This document shows positions 28,169-39,167 of a stretch of 64,000 bases of DNA, in pieces. This stretch comes from an uncultured Candidatus Binatia bacterium (lineage in GTDB: Bacteria; Desulfobacterota; Binatia; Bin18). The notes beneath the pieces were generated by a model. That model saw nothing but the letters and a program-made list of their open reading frames with translations. It was not told the origin of the DNA and did no database searches. The position numbers were made by a program, and so were the translations under genes. The stretch is taken from positions 1,984,001 through 2,048,000 of the forward strand of contig OZ243961.1 of NCBI GenBank assembly GCA_965214605.1, written 5' to 3'. How positions within the stretch are numbered: position 1 is the stretch's first letter; each line of letters starts with the position of its first letter.

Positions 28169-29923
28169 CTAGACAGCCCGACCGTGTCGCAGCAGTATAC
28201 CAGGCGTTGCGCCGCTACACTGTCCATCGGCAAACGTGACCTGGCCGTTGACCATGATCCAGTGATAGCCTCTGGCTTTTTGCACCCGCCGCCACTCGCC
28301 GGTGGGCAGGTCATGGGCAATCTCGATCGGTTCAATACCGAGTTTAGCCAGGTCGTACACCACGATATCGGCCGCCATACCGGGCCGCAGCGTCCCTCGA
28401 TCCCGAAAGCCGGCCGCCCAGGCAGGCATGCCGCTCAGCCGAAAATGGGCCTCTTCCAAGGACAGAGCTTGGGTGTCCCGCACCATCCAGGTCAACAAAT
28501 CGGTCGGCCACACTCCGGTCGTGAGAAATTTCATATGCGCGCCGCCGTCGGATAAACCGGCAAGCGTATACGGGGAATCCATGACCTGTTTGTGATGCTC
28601 AACCTTGACGTTCAGCAGTGGAGTTCGCCACTCGGTCTTGAGATCGTCGGCAACCGACACATCAAGCAGGGCATCAATAATATGTTTCCCCTCTTTCTCG
28701 GCAATTTGGATGACCGATAGTCCCTCGTAGGCGTCCTTTAGGTCGGCTCGGAACACTTTCTTGGCGATGAACTGGGCGACCGCCCCAAACAGATCAATCG
28801 ACATCTGGCCCGAGTCATACTCCTCCTTCATCGCCCGGCGAATATCAGGGTCGGCCAGCTTGCCTCGCTTCTCCTCAAGCGTGCCGACTGTAGCCTCACG
28901 CCAGACCGGACTGTTATCGAACAGGTTCCAATCTTCAAAGGTAAAGGTAAATGGCGCGCGGACCGTAGCCGCCTGGCCGAACACCCGCCTTCCCCTGGCG
29001 TTGGCCTCGGCCAACAGCTTGAGCTGGGTCTGGTAAAATCCAGGAAACAGGTCGTTGGCGGCAATCAGGTTGTACAACACCGGCCGACCGCTTTTCTCGG
29101 CCAGCTGCTCATTAAATCCAAAATCGCGCTGTAACCCGGTCAGCAAACTTCCAAAGCCTTCGCTCAGATCTCCGCCCGCCTGGGTAAACTGGATACAGCC
29201 CGCCCGTCGTTCAGCCAGCACTGCGGCCAAGCTCAGATAAAACTCGTCGGACAAGACATCCGAAATCATCGGTGAGCCGTCATAATCGCGCTGGACGGCA
29301 GCCAAGCTGTCTGGAAACAAACGCTGGGCTCCCCAGCCGACCGCCCCGGCATCCATGGCCTCGTGCAACAGGCGCTGAATGGTCTGTGTCTCTGCGTCGT
29401 TTGGCAGTCGTTGCTTCGCTTCCTCAAAGCCACCCATCACATAGGCCACCATAGGGGTGACCGGCATGAGCTGGGACAGGTTGATGCCCAGGGGAATACG
29501 GTCCAGATGATCCATCCACTCGGGAAAGGTTTCCCAGTCAAACGGCATCGTAGCCTGCATCGGACCGAGGGGAATGGCTTCATTGCGGGACAGGGACAGC
29601 ATGGCCCGTTCAGCATCCTTAGCGTGCACCGGCGCAAAACCAAACCCACAGTTCCCAATAGTTACCGAGGTCACCCCATGCCAGCTGCCGATCGAGCAAT
29701 ACGGGTCCCAATGCAGCTGCGCGTCGTAATGGGTGTGCAGATCAATCGCCCCAGGTGCCACAATACAGCCGGCGGCATCCAGCACCTGAGGGGCATCACT
29801 GGTATGAAGACGACCAATTTCGGCAATCCTGCCGTTCTTGATCCCAAGGTCGGCCTGATAGCGTGGGACCCGTGTCCCATCGACAACCGTACCGCCTTTG
29901 ATTACCACGTCAAATGCTGCCAT
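28169..29923 (-). CDS. N-acyl-D-amino-acid deacylase-like amidohydrolase
   Basis: DLHTHYDAQ, GNCGFG, SDGGAH. Confidence 0.9.
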   Translation of the reverse strand: MAAFDVVIKGGTVVDGTRVPRYQADLGIKNGRIAEIGRLHTSDAPQVLDAAGCIVAPGAIDLHTHYDAQLHWDPYCSIGSWHGVTSVTIGNCGFGFAPVHAKDAERAMLSLSRNEAIPLGPMQATMPFDWETFPEWMDHLDRIPLGINLSQLMPVTPMVAYVMGGFEEAKQRLPNDAETQTIQRLLHEAMDAGAVGWGAQRLFPDSLAAVQRDYDGSPMISDVLSDEFYLSLAAVLAERRAGCIQFTQAGGDLSEGFGSLLTGLQRDFGFNEQLAEKSGRPVLYNLIAANDLFPGFYQTQLKLLAEANARGRRVFGQAATVRAPFTFTFEDWNLFDNSPVWREATVGTLEEKRGKLADPDIRRAMKEEYDSGQMSIDLFGAVAQFIAKKVFRADLKDAYEGLSVIQIAEKEGKHIIDALLDVSVADDLKTEWRTPLLNVKVEHHKQVMDSPYTLAGLSDGGAHMKFLTTGVWPTDLLTWMVRDTQALSLEEAHFRLSGMPAWAAGFRDRGTLRPGMAADIVVYDLAKLGIEPIEIAHDLPTGEWRRVQKARGYHWIMVNGQVTFADGQCSGATPGILLRHGRAV

Positions 29924-30075
29924 AACGTCCTCCTTGGCTCTCGTTGCAAAGATATAAGTCCCTAAGATAGCTGATATCCGGCGGCGGAAAAAGCTGGGCA
30001 GAACTGCTCCGGCCTTGCCAGTCTGCAGCTTGGCGGAGTAATGAACACAGAAGCACGAGTCATAAGGAGGAGCAC

Positions 30076-30930
30076 ATGGACATCGGTGTATTCTTTTTCA
30101 CCTCGGCCGAGTCGGCCGACCCGGCTATTATCGCCAAAAAAGCCGAAGACCTCGGCTTTGCTTCAATCTGGGTCCCGGAACATCCTGTACTGCCGGTCCA
30201 CACCACCGTCGGTTACCCGGCCGCCCCCGACCGACCCATTCCACGCACGGTTGGCATTATCTCTGACCCCTTCGTGTCCTTGGCCCGGGCGTCGGCCACG
30301 ACTACCAGGATCAAACTCGGCACTGGTATCTGTCTTGTCCCGGAGCGTAACCCCTTACTGTTGGCCAAAGAGATCGCCACCCTCGATCATTACTCTGGCG
30401 GGCGCTTTTTGTTCGGCATTGGTGCGGGCTGGCAAAAAGAAGAGTGCGAGATCATGGGCGGAGATTTTCCTCACCGCTGGACACAAACCCGTGACTCGGT
30501 TCTGGCCATGAAAGAGCTGTGGACCACCGACGAATCTGAGTATCACGGGCAGTATTATGACTTTCCGGCCCTCAAGTGCTTCCCTAAACCCGCCCAAAAG
30601 CCTCATCCACCCGTCCTGTTGGGCGGTGCGGCCAAGAATGTGTTTAAGCGCACGGTCGACTGGGGCGACGGCTGGATGCCGGTCAGCACTTCACCCAAAA
30701 CAATCAAAGAGGGCCGTCAGAAACTTGACGAACTCGCCGCCCAGGCCGGTCGTGACCCGGCCTCGATCAGCGTCCTGGCCTTCGGCCAACCCGGCCAGCT
30801 GCGCAAAAAAGAAGACCTCCACGGCCTGCAGGAAGCCGGGGCTGAGCACGCCATTATTTGGCTCAACTCATTCACGCAGGATGAAGTTGTTGCCGAGTTG
30901 GAAGAACTTGCAGCTGAGATGTTGCACTAA
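30076..30930 (+). CDS. LLM-class F420-dependent oxidoreductase
   Basis: AEDLGFASIWVPEH, DPFVSLA...TTRIKLGTG, PKPAQKPHPPVLLGG. Confidence 0.9.
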   Translation: MDIGVFFFTSAESADPAIIAKKAEDLGFASIWVPEHPVLPVHTTVGYPAAPDRPIPRTVGIISDPFVSLARASATTTRIKLGTGICLVPERNPLLLAKEIATLDHYSGGRFLFGIGAGWQKEECEIMGGDFPHRWTQTRDSVLAMKELWTTDESEYHGQYYDFPALKCFPKPAQKPHPPVLLGGAAKNVFKRTVDWGDGWMPVSTSPKTIKEGRQKLDELAAQAGRDPASISVLAFGQPGQLRKKEDLHGLQEAGAEHAIIWLNSFTQDEVVAELEELAAEMLH

Positions 30931-30958
30931 TGGAAGTACTGACCGCTGAACGGTGCGT

Positions 30959-31840
30959 ATGATGAGGAGCTATCAATTCAAGCAGGTTGATGTGTTTACC
31001 ACCCGGCCTCTGCGCGGCAATCCCGTCGCGGTGGTACTCGGGGCTGACCAGTTGACGACCACTGACATGCAGCGCATTGCTACCTGGACTAACCTGTCAG
31101 AAACCAGCTTCGTGCTAGCCCCGGTCAGGGCCCGGGCGGATTATCGGCTGCGCATCTTCACCCCCAAGGGCGAGCTGCCGTTCGCCGGCCACCCCAGCAT
31201 CGGTAGCGCCCACGCCATACTGGAGAGCGGTCTGGTGGAACCACATCGCTCACACTTTGTTCAGGAATGCGAAGCGGGCCTGCTTCCCGTGCGCGTCAAG
31301 CGAGTGGGAGACACCCAACATCTGTTCGTGCAAACCCCAGCGGCCACAGTCACCCCCTTTGATCCAGCCCAGCACGCTGCCCTTGCCTCGGCCCTCAGAC
31401 TCAAGCTGCCGGCCGGGGCGTCCCCGCTCAGCGTTGATGTCGGTCCTGTGTGGTTGGTTGTTCAGCTGGACAGCGCGGCGCTTGTCCACCGCTTACGGCC
31501 CGACCTGGCGGCCGTGGCGCGACTGAGCCAAGCCCTACAGCTGACTGGGATAACCGTTTTCGGCCTCACCGGCGGAGGCCCGAGTGCGGTCTATACCCGC
31601 TCTTTTGCCCCGGCTCTGCATGTCCCAGAAGACCCGGTGTGCGGCAGCGGAAACGCCAGCGTGGCAGCCTTCTTGGCCCATTCCGATCAGCTCGGATCGA
31701 TCGGCCTGAGCTATGTTGCCAACCAAGGCCACGAACTTGGCCGTGACGGTTTCGTCCATATCGCCGTCAACATGCCTGACCGAACGATACAGCTTGGCGG
31801 GGCGTCGGTGACCTGTATTGAGGGTTCCCTGCAGGTCTGA
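30959..31840 (+). CDS. PhzF family epimerase/isomerase
   Basis: VDVF...GNPVAV, NLSETSF, ELPFAGHP, EDPVCGS. Confidence 0.9.
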   Translation: MMRSYQFKQVDVFTTRPLRGNPVAVVLGADQLTTTDMQRIATWTNLSETSFVLAPVRARADYRLRIFTPKGELPFAGHPSIGSAHAILESGLVEPHRSHFVQECEAGLLPVRVKRVGDTQHLFVQTPAATVTPFDPAQHAALASALRLKLPAGASPLSVDVGPVWLVVQLDSAALVHRLRPDLAAVARLSQALQLTGITVFGLTGGGPSAVYTRSFAPALHVPEDPVCGSGNASVAAFLAHSDQLGSIGLSYVANQGHELGRDGFVHIAVNMPDRTIQLGGASVTCIEGSLQV

Positions 31841-31868
31841 GCAGGGGCGAACGGTCACTCGCCCCTGC
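31841..31868. terminator. Hairpin between convergent genes (REP-like)
   Basis: GCAGGGGCGA-ACGGTCAC-TCGCCCCTGC. Confidence 0.6.
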
Positions 31869-31876
31869 CAGCAGAG

Positions 31877-32983
31877 CTAGCTGAGACCATAGAAGTTGAT
31901 GACGTTCTCACCCACGATCTTCCTCATCCCGTCTTCAGGAACGTCTTTGAGCGCTTCGGCCAAGAATTCCCGGGAGCGCGGCCAGGTCGAGTCGGTGTGC
32001 GGATAGTCCGACGACCAGGCGATATTGTCTGCGCCATAAATCTGCCGGGTGAACTCCACGTTAGAGCTCTCAAACTGGAAGGTGGCCAGCATATTGCGCC
32101 GCATGTAATCGCTTGGCAACATCGACAGGCTCAGCCCCTGCAAATGTCGTAGCCGATCATAGGCGTGGTCCAACCGATACAGGAAGTGCGGAATCCACGA
32201 CACGTCATTCTCGGCCGAGACGATTTTGAGACGCGGAAAACGCTCCAACACGCCACCGGCAATCATATCGGCAAAAGTGAGCTGGACCTCCTGGGGCAGC
32301 TTCATATAGCCGTACAGCACGCGACGGAGATCGAACTGCACCCCACCCCGCCCAGTCAAAATGTGGAGACTTAAGGGCATCTTCAGATCCTGGGCGGCAG
32401 CCCAGAACGGATCGTAGTCCGGCAGGCTATACGGCCGGTCTTCTGGCGGCGCCCCCCAAATCAGGGCACCACGCAGCCCCTTCTTGGCGATGCGTTCCAG
32501 TTCGGCGACTGCGGTCGGAATATCCTCCAGCTCGACCACCCCGGCGCCCACCAAGCGCTGGGAGTTGTAGCTGCAATACTCGGCAGCCCAGTCGTTAAAG
32601 GCCCGGAAACAGGCCGCCCTCAGTTCTGCATCGTCCAGGCCGAACAGCAGCATGCCCATTGAGGGATATAAGACTTCACCACTGACTCCGTCGGCGTCCT
32701 GCTCTTTGAGCCGTTCGGCTGGATCCCACACACTCTTGGGAGCAACGTCAAAGCCGCGTTTAATATGCTCTGGCAACTCCTCGGCCGTCTTCCCTGATCC
32801 AAAAAATCCAGCTACGGCAACCGGATTAATATTCTCACAAGCAAAAAACTCGCCCTCTTGGCCGTCATGGCCCTGAATCGTGTGCGGTGCCCGATCCCGA
32901 AACTTGGCATCCATACGCTCCACCCACATGGTGACCGGCTCCACGAAATGGGAATCTGCTGAAAAAATGCGATAGTCCGTCAT
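31877..32983 (-). CDS. Amidohydrolase_2 family protein
   Basis: SADSHFVEP, PLSLHILT, WSSDYPH. Confidence 0.92.
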   Translation of the reverse strand: MTDYRIFSADSHFVEPVTMWVERMDAKFRDRAPHTIQGHDGQEGEFFACENINPVAVAGFFGSGKTAEELPEHIKRGFDVAPKSVWDPAERLKEQDADGVSGEVLYPSMGMLLFGLDDAELRAACFRAFNDWAAEYCSYNSQRLVGAGVVELEDIPTAVAELERIAKKGLRGALIWGAPPEDRPYSLPDYDPFWAAAQDLKMPLSLHILTGRGGVQFDLRRVLYGYMKLPQEVQLTFADMIAGGVLERFPRLKIVSAENDVSWIPHFLYRLDHAYDRLRHLQGLSLSMLPSDYMRRNMLATFQFESSNVEFTRQIYGADNIAWSSDYPHTDSTWPRSREFLAEALKDVPEDGMRKIVGENVINFYGLS

Positions 32984-33066
32984 ACCCTCACCCTCCTTCG
33001 TATTGGGCAACGCCAAGGGGCGCTCGGTCGTGCGCCCCGCTCATTTAACCGTCTGATTGCTCGGCC

Positions 33067-34779
33067 CTAGGTTCCTCCGACCCCACGCAACACCCGGCCG
33101 GGATAACGACCGGTGTGCTTGCCGTCTTTGACCAACACCTGACCGTTCACAACGGTATAGTGCATGCCCTCACACTCCTGGACTAGACGCGGCCCGTTGC
33201 CTGGCAGATCGCTCACCTTGTAGGGCTCTAAGGGACGAATGGTATCCGGATCGAAGATCGTCAGATCAGCCGCCATACCGGGGCGGATCATCCCCCGGTC
33301 TTTAAGACCTAGGGTCGCGGCTGGATGGGCGGCCAAGACCTTGATCGCCTTCTCCAGACTCATCGCTTTGTTTTCCCGCACCCAGTGGCCCAACAGGTAC
33401 GACGGATAGGCCGTGTCGCAGAGGAACTGCACATGCGCACCGCCGTCCGACAGCGACACCAATGAGGGCGGATAGTTAATAATCTGGCCGACCGCTTCCT
33501 CGTCACCGTTGGCCAGGGGGGTGATAAACTGGGTGTCCAGATCTTCTTCCAGTGACAAGTCCATAAATACATCGAAGACATCTTTGCCCTGTTCGGCAGC
33601 AATGTCGGCGATGCTCTTGCCTTCGAGCGCCCGATTCTTATCCAGCTTCACCTCGTTGACATACATCAGGTCCCAGCGCTTGGAGAAGGCACGGGGGGTA
33701 GGGTCATCGATCAGATCATAGCGTAAGTCTTTACGCACGGCCGGATCACGGAAATGACGCTTACGCTCTTCAGCGGTCAGGAAGTGGACCCTCTTCCAGT
33801 TCGGCAGATCGTCAAAAATTGTCGCAATATTTCTCAACGAAAAACGGAACATAATCGGCCGACAGCTGGCCTGGGGATAGATCGGCAGCCCTTGTCTAAA
33901 GGCATGGTCAAGTTCGCCCATCAGTTCCGACCATAGTTCGGGCTGATCCCACTGGTGAATCAACCCGATCCAGGTTGTGGGCAGCTTGGTTTCCTTGGCA
34001 ATCGCCTTAAGTAAGGCCAGGTCACGGTCCCGCTCGGCTTTATCTTTTTCATAGATTAAGACCCGCGGATTGAACTCAAAAAAGCCCCGGCCAAATTCGC
34101 CAACCGCTCTGCACACCTCAAACAGTTCTGTGTCTTCGGCCACCTTGCCCGGCATGGGCTCGCCGTGGTCGCCCACCTGGACTGGAGAACGTGATACTGA
34201 CAGTCCGGCGGCACCGGCTCGCATCCCCTGGCGGACCAGCTCCTTCATCTGTTCTACTTCGTCTCTAGTGGCTGCTCGCTCAATCGCGTCGGTGCCCATC
34301 ACGTACATGCGCAGCGGCGAGTGGCCCATTAAGGCCAAGACGTTCAGGGCCGGAGCCATGTGCTCGACAGCGTTCAGATATTCGGGAAACGATGTCCAGT
34401 TCCACGGCACGCCTTTCTGTAGGGTCTCGAAGTCTAGGCCTTCCACCCGCGAAAAGATGTGCATCAGCGGAGCGCGGTGTTCGGGCTTACACGGAGCAAA
34501 GGCCAAACCGCAGTTGCCCATGACCAGGCTGGTGACACCATGCCAGCACGACGAGGTCAACAAGGGGTCCCAGAAGACTTGGGCGTCGTAGTGGGTATGG
34601 ACGTCGACAAAGCCCGGGGTGACGGTCAGACCGTCGGCGTTAATCGTCTGCTTGGCCTCGCCGTCCACTTCTCCAACGGCAATAATATGGCCGCCCCTCA
34701 CCCCGATATTACCACCATAGCTATCAGTCCCAGACCCGTCATAGATTCGGCCGTTTTTGATCAGCAGGTCATAACTCAT
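33067..34779 (-). CDS. N-acyl-D-amino-acid deacylase-like amidohydrolase
   Basis: DVHTHYDAQ, GNCG, SDGGAH; RBS before ATG 34779. Confidence 0.9.
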   Translation of the reverse strand: MSYDLLIKNGRIYDGSGTDSYGGNIGVRGGHIIAVGEVDGEAKQTINADGLTVTPGFVDVHTHYDAQVFWDPLLTSSCWHGVTSLVMGNCGLAFAPCKPEHRAPLMHIFSRVEGLDFETLQKGVPWNWTSFPEYLNAVEHMAPALNVLALMGHSPLRMYVMGTDAIERAATRDEVEQMKELVRQGMRAGAAGLSVSRSPVQVGDHGEPMPGKVAEDTELFEVCRAVGEFGRGFFEFNPRVLIYEKDKAERDRDLALLKAIAKETKLPTTWIGLIHQWDQPELWSELMGELDHAFRQGLPIYPQASCRPIMFRFSLRNIATIFDDLPNWKRVHFLTAEERKRHFRDPAVRKDLRYDLIDDPTPRAFSKRWDLMYVNEVKLDKNRALEGKSIADIAAEQGKDVFDVFMDLSLEEDLDTQFITPLANGDEEAVGQIINYPPSLVSLSDGGAHVQFLCDTAYPSYLLGHWVRENKAMSLEKAIKVLAAHPAATLGLKDRGMIRPGMAADLTIFDPDTIRPLEPYKVSDLPGNGPRLVQECEGMHYTVVNGQVLVKDGKHTGRYPGRVLRGVGGT

Positions 34780-35196
34780 ACAATCCCTCCTTATCGCACT
34801 TGGCGCAAAACGTGACACGTCAGCGCATGGACAGGTGGGGGTGGGACGGGGCAGGAGTAGGAAGTCATATTTTACGCTGCAGGTATGCTCCCACAACGCT
34901 TCTATAGCCCGCTTTAGCAACGCTGAACAGAGGCAAAATAAATTTTTTGGGGGAGCCGAGACACAGCAACGGCAGGGTGACACATGTTGGGGAACAGGAC
35001 TTAGGGGAGATGCGGCCGGGGACGCCGCTAGTCCATCCGTGTCGGCTCTACCAGTCCGCCTCTCTTCACTATCGTTCAGCTGATCGCCAAAGGGGAGACA
35101 AGAGCTCCTTTTTGAGGAGACAGGCTGAGAGGGACAGATACAAGCCCGAAGCATTTGAAGGAGGAGGCGTGAAGCAAGGAGGTGTCCATTTCTACA

Positions 35197-35726
35197 ATGA
35201 AGGCAGCTGACCGGAAGGTGACCTCTTTCTCCCGACGGACCTCTGAAGTCAAGGGAAACGACCGGTGCTGTGCCACAGGTCTAGCGGGCTGCCTGACCTG
35301 GTGCTGCCGGACTAGACCAGGGTATTTGCCGTGGCCGGCTCTGTTGTTCTGGGGTTTGACTACCGAGGGTTTGGCGGTAGTGAGGAGACTAAACGGCGAC
35401 TGCTTCCCCAGGAACAGATCGACGATATCCCCAGTGGGATCACCTCTCTGCAAGCTCAGGACAAGGGCGCCCCTGAGCGGATCGGCGTGCGAGGCGTGAG
35501 TTTTGGGGAGACAGATGTGGTCGGAGTAGCTCCGCGGGCCAAGGTTGCGGTTGGCCAAGCCGGCCTCGGGGATGGGGAGCGGCTTATTGGTGATGTTCGC
35601 TCCTACGGTGAACAGCTTGAGCTCACTCAGGCCCTAGGAGAAATTGAGGGCTACCGGAAATTGCCCGAACGGGATGGGAAGCCTAAGAAACTGTGTGTCA
35701 CTCACTATGAGTTGGATAAAGAGTGA
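35197..35726 (+). pseudogene. Decayed alpha/beta hydrolase
   Basis: VLGFDYRGFGGSE...PERIGVRGVSFG (GxSxG motif); frameshifted N-terminus. Confidence 0.65.
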
Positions 35727-36851
35727 GGGGATCCGAGGCCTCCTCTCGAAAAGCACTCGAGTGCGATGATCAGTTTTTGAAGTGGATGGAGGAAATCGAG
35801 CGCTTTGCTGCCCGCCTGTACCGGGTCGAGTTGGCTTCCACTACGTAGCCACCACTCCAGATAATACCCTCGTAGAGTCCCCCCCCCCTAGGACGCGGCG
35901 ATTTGCGGGTCAGTGTCGCCAGCTTAGACTGCAGCGAGTAAGCCGCTTGGGCACGGCGACCGATAAGAGCGAGCAGGAATCGAGCGCCGTAGTCCGCCGA
36001 GTGACACGGTCGGGGCCCGCGGAACCGAAGCCATTATCAACACAGCCAAGACGTTTGCTGTGATGGAGTCGTTAGTGCGGGACAAAACTGCTGGCGTCCG
36101 ACCATCCCGGTCTGGAGAGAGGGGTGGAGCAGAGCCCGTGGCGGCTCAGGATGGGCGATGTTGACATCTCCTTCCTGCTACAGTGTCTCGCCTGGGCAGT
36201 ACCGCTTTGCCCACGATGTCCTCGTCCCTGCCCTCGCCACTAGGTGCGAGCAAGGGCGAGCTGCGCTTCATTGGTATCATCAAAGCTTTTAGCCATGATT
36301 CCGGCCATGACATGTGGCAACAGGCCGTGCAGACAGACTACTGAGCTGTGGTCATGGGTGGGGCCGCCCTCTGAAATCAGTCCGCCCGCAGCCGCGTGTT
36401 TCCCGGCACTCAGACCCGGAACATCAAGGGCGGGCGTGTTTGCCATACGCACGCGCTCAGCCAATCGCTCCGGCTCAAAGCCCTACTGGCCGCCTAGGTG
36501 AGTGAGATATCGTCCCGCTCGACTTCCTCACTAGGAGCGAGAGGACATCAGTCTCCCTGAGGCGGTCTCTCGCTCCTGCCGCCATGACCTAGTATCGACT
36601 TGGAGTTGACCGGAATCGGCAAGCTTGAGCAGCTCAACGCTAATGTGGTTGCGCTGCTCAAACCGCTTGGGGAGGAGGATGTAAGGCCGATTACAGAGCT
36701 GTTTGACCGGGTGAACTCGGTCTCTAGGAATGAAGCCTGAGGAGGGAGTTCGTGAAACTCTTGCATTTGAGACGCAAAGCGGCATATCGTGAAATATGTG
36801 GATGGAGTCTGAGAGGCGTGTGAAGAGACTTTAACCATCAAGGAGGGTCAT

Positions 36852-38582
36852 ATGCCACAGTTTGACACGGTTATTAAGGACGGAACGATTGTCGATGGTA
36901 CCCTGGTACCGCCATACCGTGGGGACCTTGGTATCAAGGAGGGGAAGATTGCCAAAATCGGCAAGATTAACAGCAACGAGGCAACCCGAGTCCTCGATGC
37001 CTCGGGAATGATTGTTGCCCCGGGCGCGGTTGACCTGCACGCCCACTACGACGCACCGCTGCACTGGGATCCCTATTGCACGATCGGCAGCTGGCATGGC
37101 GTGACCTCGGTCACCAACGGCAATTGTGGCTTTGGCTTTGCGCCGGTCCATCATAAGGACGCCGACCGTTCAATGTACTCAATGGAACGCAACGAGGCCA
37201 TCCCGTTTGATGCGATGAAGGCGACCATGCCCTTTTCTTGGGAGACCTTCCCCGAATGGATGGATCACATTGAGAGCCTGCCCAAGGGCATCAATATGAT
37301 CCAACTCGTGCCGGTCACACCACTTGTGAGTTATGTGATGGGTGGCTGGGATCAGGCCAAGAGCCGCCAGCCGAACGAGACGGAAATGCAGGAAATCATC
37401 CGCATCCTTGATGAGGCGATGGCGGTCGGGGCAAACGGCTGGGCCGCGCAGCGTTTGACCGGCTACGGCGCCTCGGTCCAGCGGGATTATGATGGCACTC
37501 TGATGGTCTCGGACATGATGTCGGACGAGTTCTATCTCCAGTTGGCTAGGGCAATGAGCAAGTACGACCGAGGAACCATTCAGTATGCGCAGAACTCAGG
37601 CGCTATCGACGAAGGGGTCGAGGGCAACCGCCGAGATATGAGCTTCGGTGGACAGCTGGCTGAGTTGGCCAACAACCCGCTGATTTTTAACGCCGTGCTG
37701 GTGACGGACGAGAAGCCCGAGGTGTTCCGCACTATGCTGAGTGTGGTGGACCAATACAACAAGAAGGGCGTACCGCTGGTGGCCCACGGCTTGACCAAAC
37801 GGCTCGATTTCCGCTTTTCATTCTCGGACGAATGGAATCTGTTCGACAATGTGGATGCCTGGCGGGAAGCGACTCTGGGCACCGAGGAGGAGCGCAAGAC
37901 CAAACTTGCCAACCCCGAGCTGCGTAAGGCCATGAAGGCTGAGTATGACCGGACCAAACAGCCCAAAGCCCTAGGCGACATCGCCACCTTTATCTGTCGC
38001 AAGGTGACCAGCGACGAAATGAGCAAAAAGTACCGGGACCGTATGGTCGGCGACATCGCTCGGGAGGAGAATAAACATGTCGTCGATGCACTGCTCGATA
38101 TCTCGGCCGCCGATAACTGGAAGACCGAATGGCTCACTCCAATGCGCAACCAGAATCCTGAGTACTGCAAAGAACTCTTGAGCCACTGCACGGTTGCCGG
38201 TTTTTCCGACGGCGGTGCGCACACTAAGTTCCAGACCCTGGGGGCGTATGTCACCGATCTGCTGACCTGGATGGTACGGGATACCGAAACCATCACGCTG
38301 GAGCAGGCCCATTATCATCTGAGCTATCTGCCGGCCTGGACGGCGGGCTTTAAGGATCGCGGCTGCCTGCGGGAAGGCATGGCGGCCGACATTTTAGTCT
38401 ACGACCTTGAGAAACTTGCGGTCAAGCCAACCGAGATCCTGCACGACGTGCCGCCCAACAACTGGCGGCGGGTCCAGGGTGCGGAGGGCTACCGCTGGAT
38501 CATGGTTAATGGCGATGTGACCTTCGAGAACGGCCAGAGCACTGGAGCGCTGTCGGGTAAGCTGGTCCGCTGCAATCAGTAA
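36852..38582 (+). CDS. N-acyl-D-amino-acid deacylase-like amidohydrolase
   Basis: DLHAHYDA, GNCGFG, SDGGAH; AGGAGG RBS. Confidence 0.9.
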   Translation: MPQFDTVIKDGTIVDGTLVPPYRGDLGIKEGKIAKIGKINSNEATRVLDASGMIVAPGAVDLHAHYDAPLHWDPYCTIGSWHGVTSVTNGNCGFGFAPVHHKDADRSMYSMERNEAIPFDAMKATMPFSWETFPEWMDHIESLPKGINMIQLVPVTPLVSYVMGGWDQAKSRQPNETEMQEIIRILDEAMAVGANGWAAQRLTGYGASVQRDYDGTLMVSDMMSDEFYLQLARAMSKYDRGTIQYAQNSGAIDEGVEGNRRDMSFGGQLAELANNPLIFNAVLVTDEKPEVFRTMLSVVDQYNKKGVPLVAHGLTKRLDFRFSFSDEWNLFDNVDAWREATLGTEEERKTKLANPELRKAMKAEYDRTKQPKALGDIATFICRKVTSDEMSKKYRDRMVGDIAREENKHVVDALLDISAADNWKTEWLTPMRNQNPEYCKELLSHCTVAGFSDGGAHTKFQTLGAYVTDLLTWMVRDTETITLEQAHYHLSYLPAWTAGFKDRGCLREGMAADILVYDLEKLAVKPTEILHDVPPNNWRRVQGAEGYRWIMVNGDVTFENGQSTGALSGKLVRCNQ

Positions 38583-39167
38583 TCGTTCGGACAGGCTGGG
38601 CTATGCCCGGTCTGTTACACAAACGGGACGAACGCCACGGGTTGGAAGAAGCCGGGTGAGCAGGCGCTCACCCGGCTCGACGCTTGTCAGCAGGCCAAAG
38701 CCCCCAGGAGCGTTCCATGAATGCGCGCTCATTGTATTGTGCTGTGGACGAGGTGTTAGGGCACTCGGCCTGCAAAACGCTCCGCTTTGCTTCTCCACCC
38801 TCTCTGTGTTGCCGGCCGTCGCACTTGTTGTCGTGGACGTCACGGAAGGCATTTCGGCTTCGAGAACGGTCTGAACTTTCCGGACCATCTGCTAAGTCGG
38901 CGGCGAGCCCGCTCAGCGACGGCCTGTTCACCAGCAGCTTCATCACGCTCCTGCTGAGCACTCTGGTCTCCCTCAAGAAGTCTCTCAGGATTCGAGGCGG
39001 CCGCAAGGCGTTGGAGCCGTCTGCTAGCGTCGCTCAGCAAGCTGTGCGACCCGCGCTCGTCAAGCCCGCCATTCGCACCGGACGGCAACCAACCGCCTGC
39101 AAAACGCAGCATATCACGCCTCTGCCATGCACGCCGAGTGTGGTCAAGCGGCCGAGAGGTTGAGCAC

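Noticed and set aside
30959-31840. Phenazine biosynthesis cluster
   Set aside because: A lone PhzF-family gene with no phzA/B/D/E/G.
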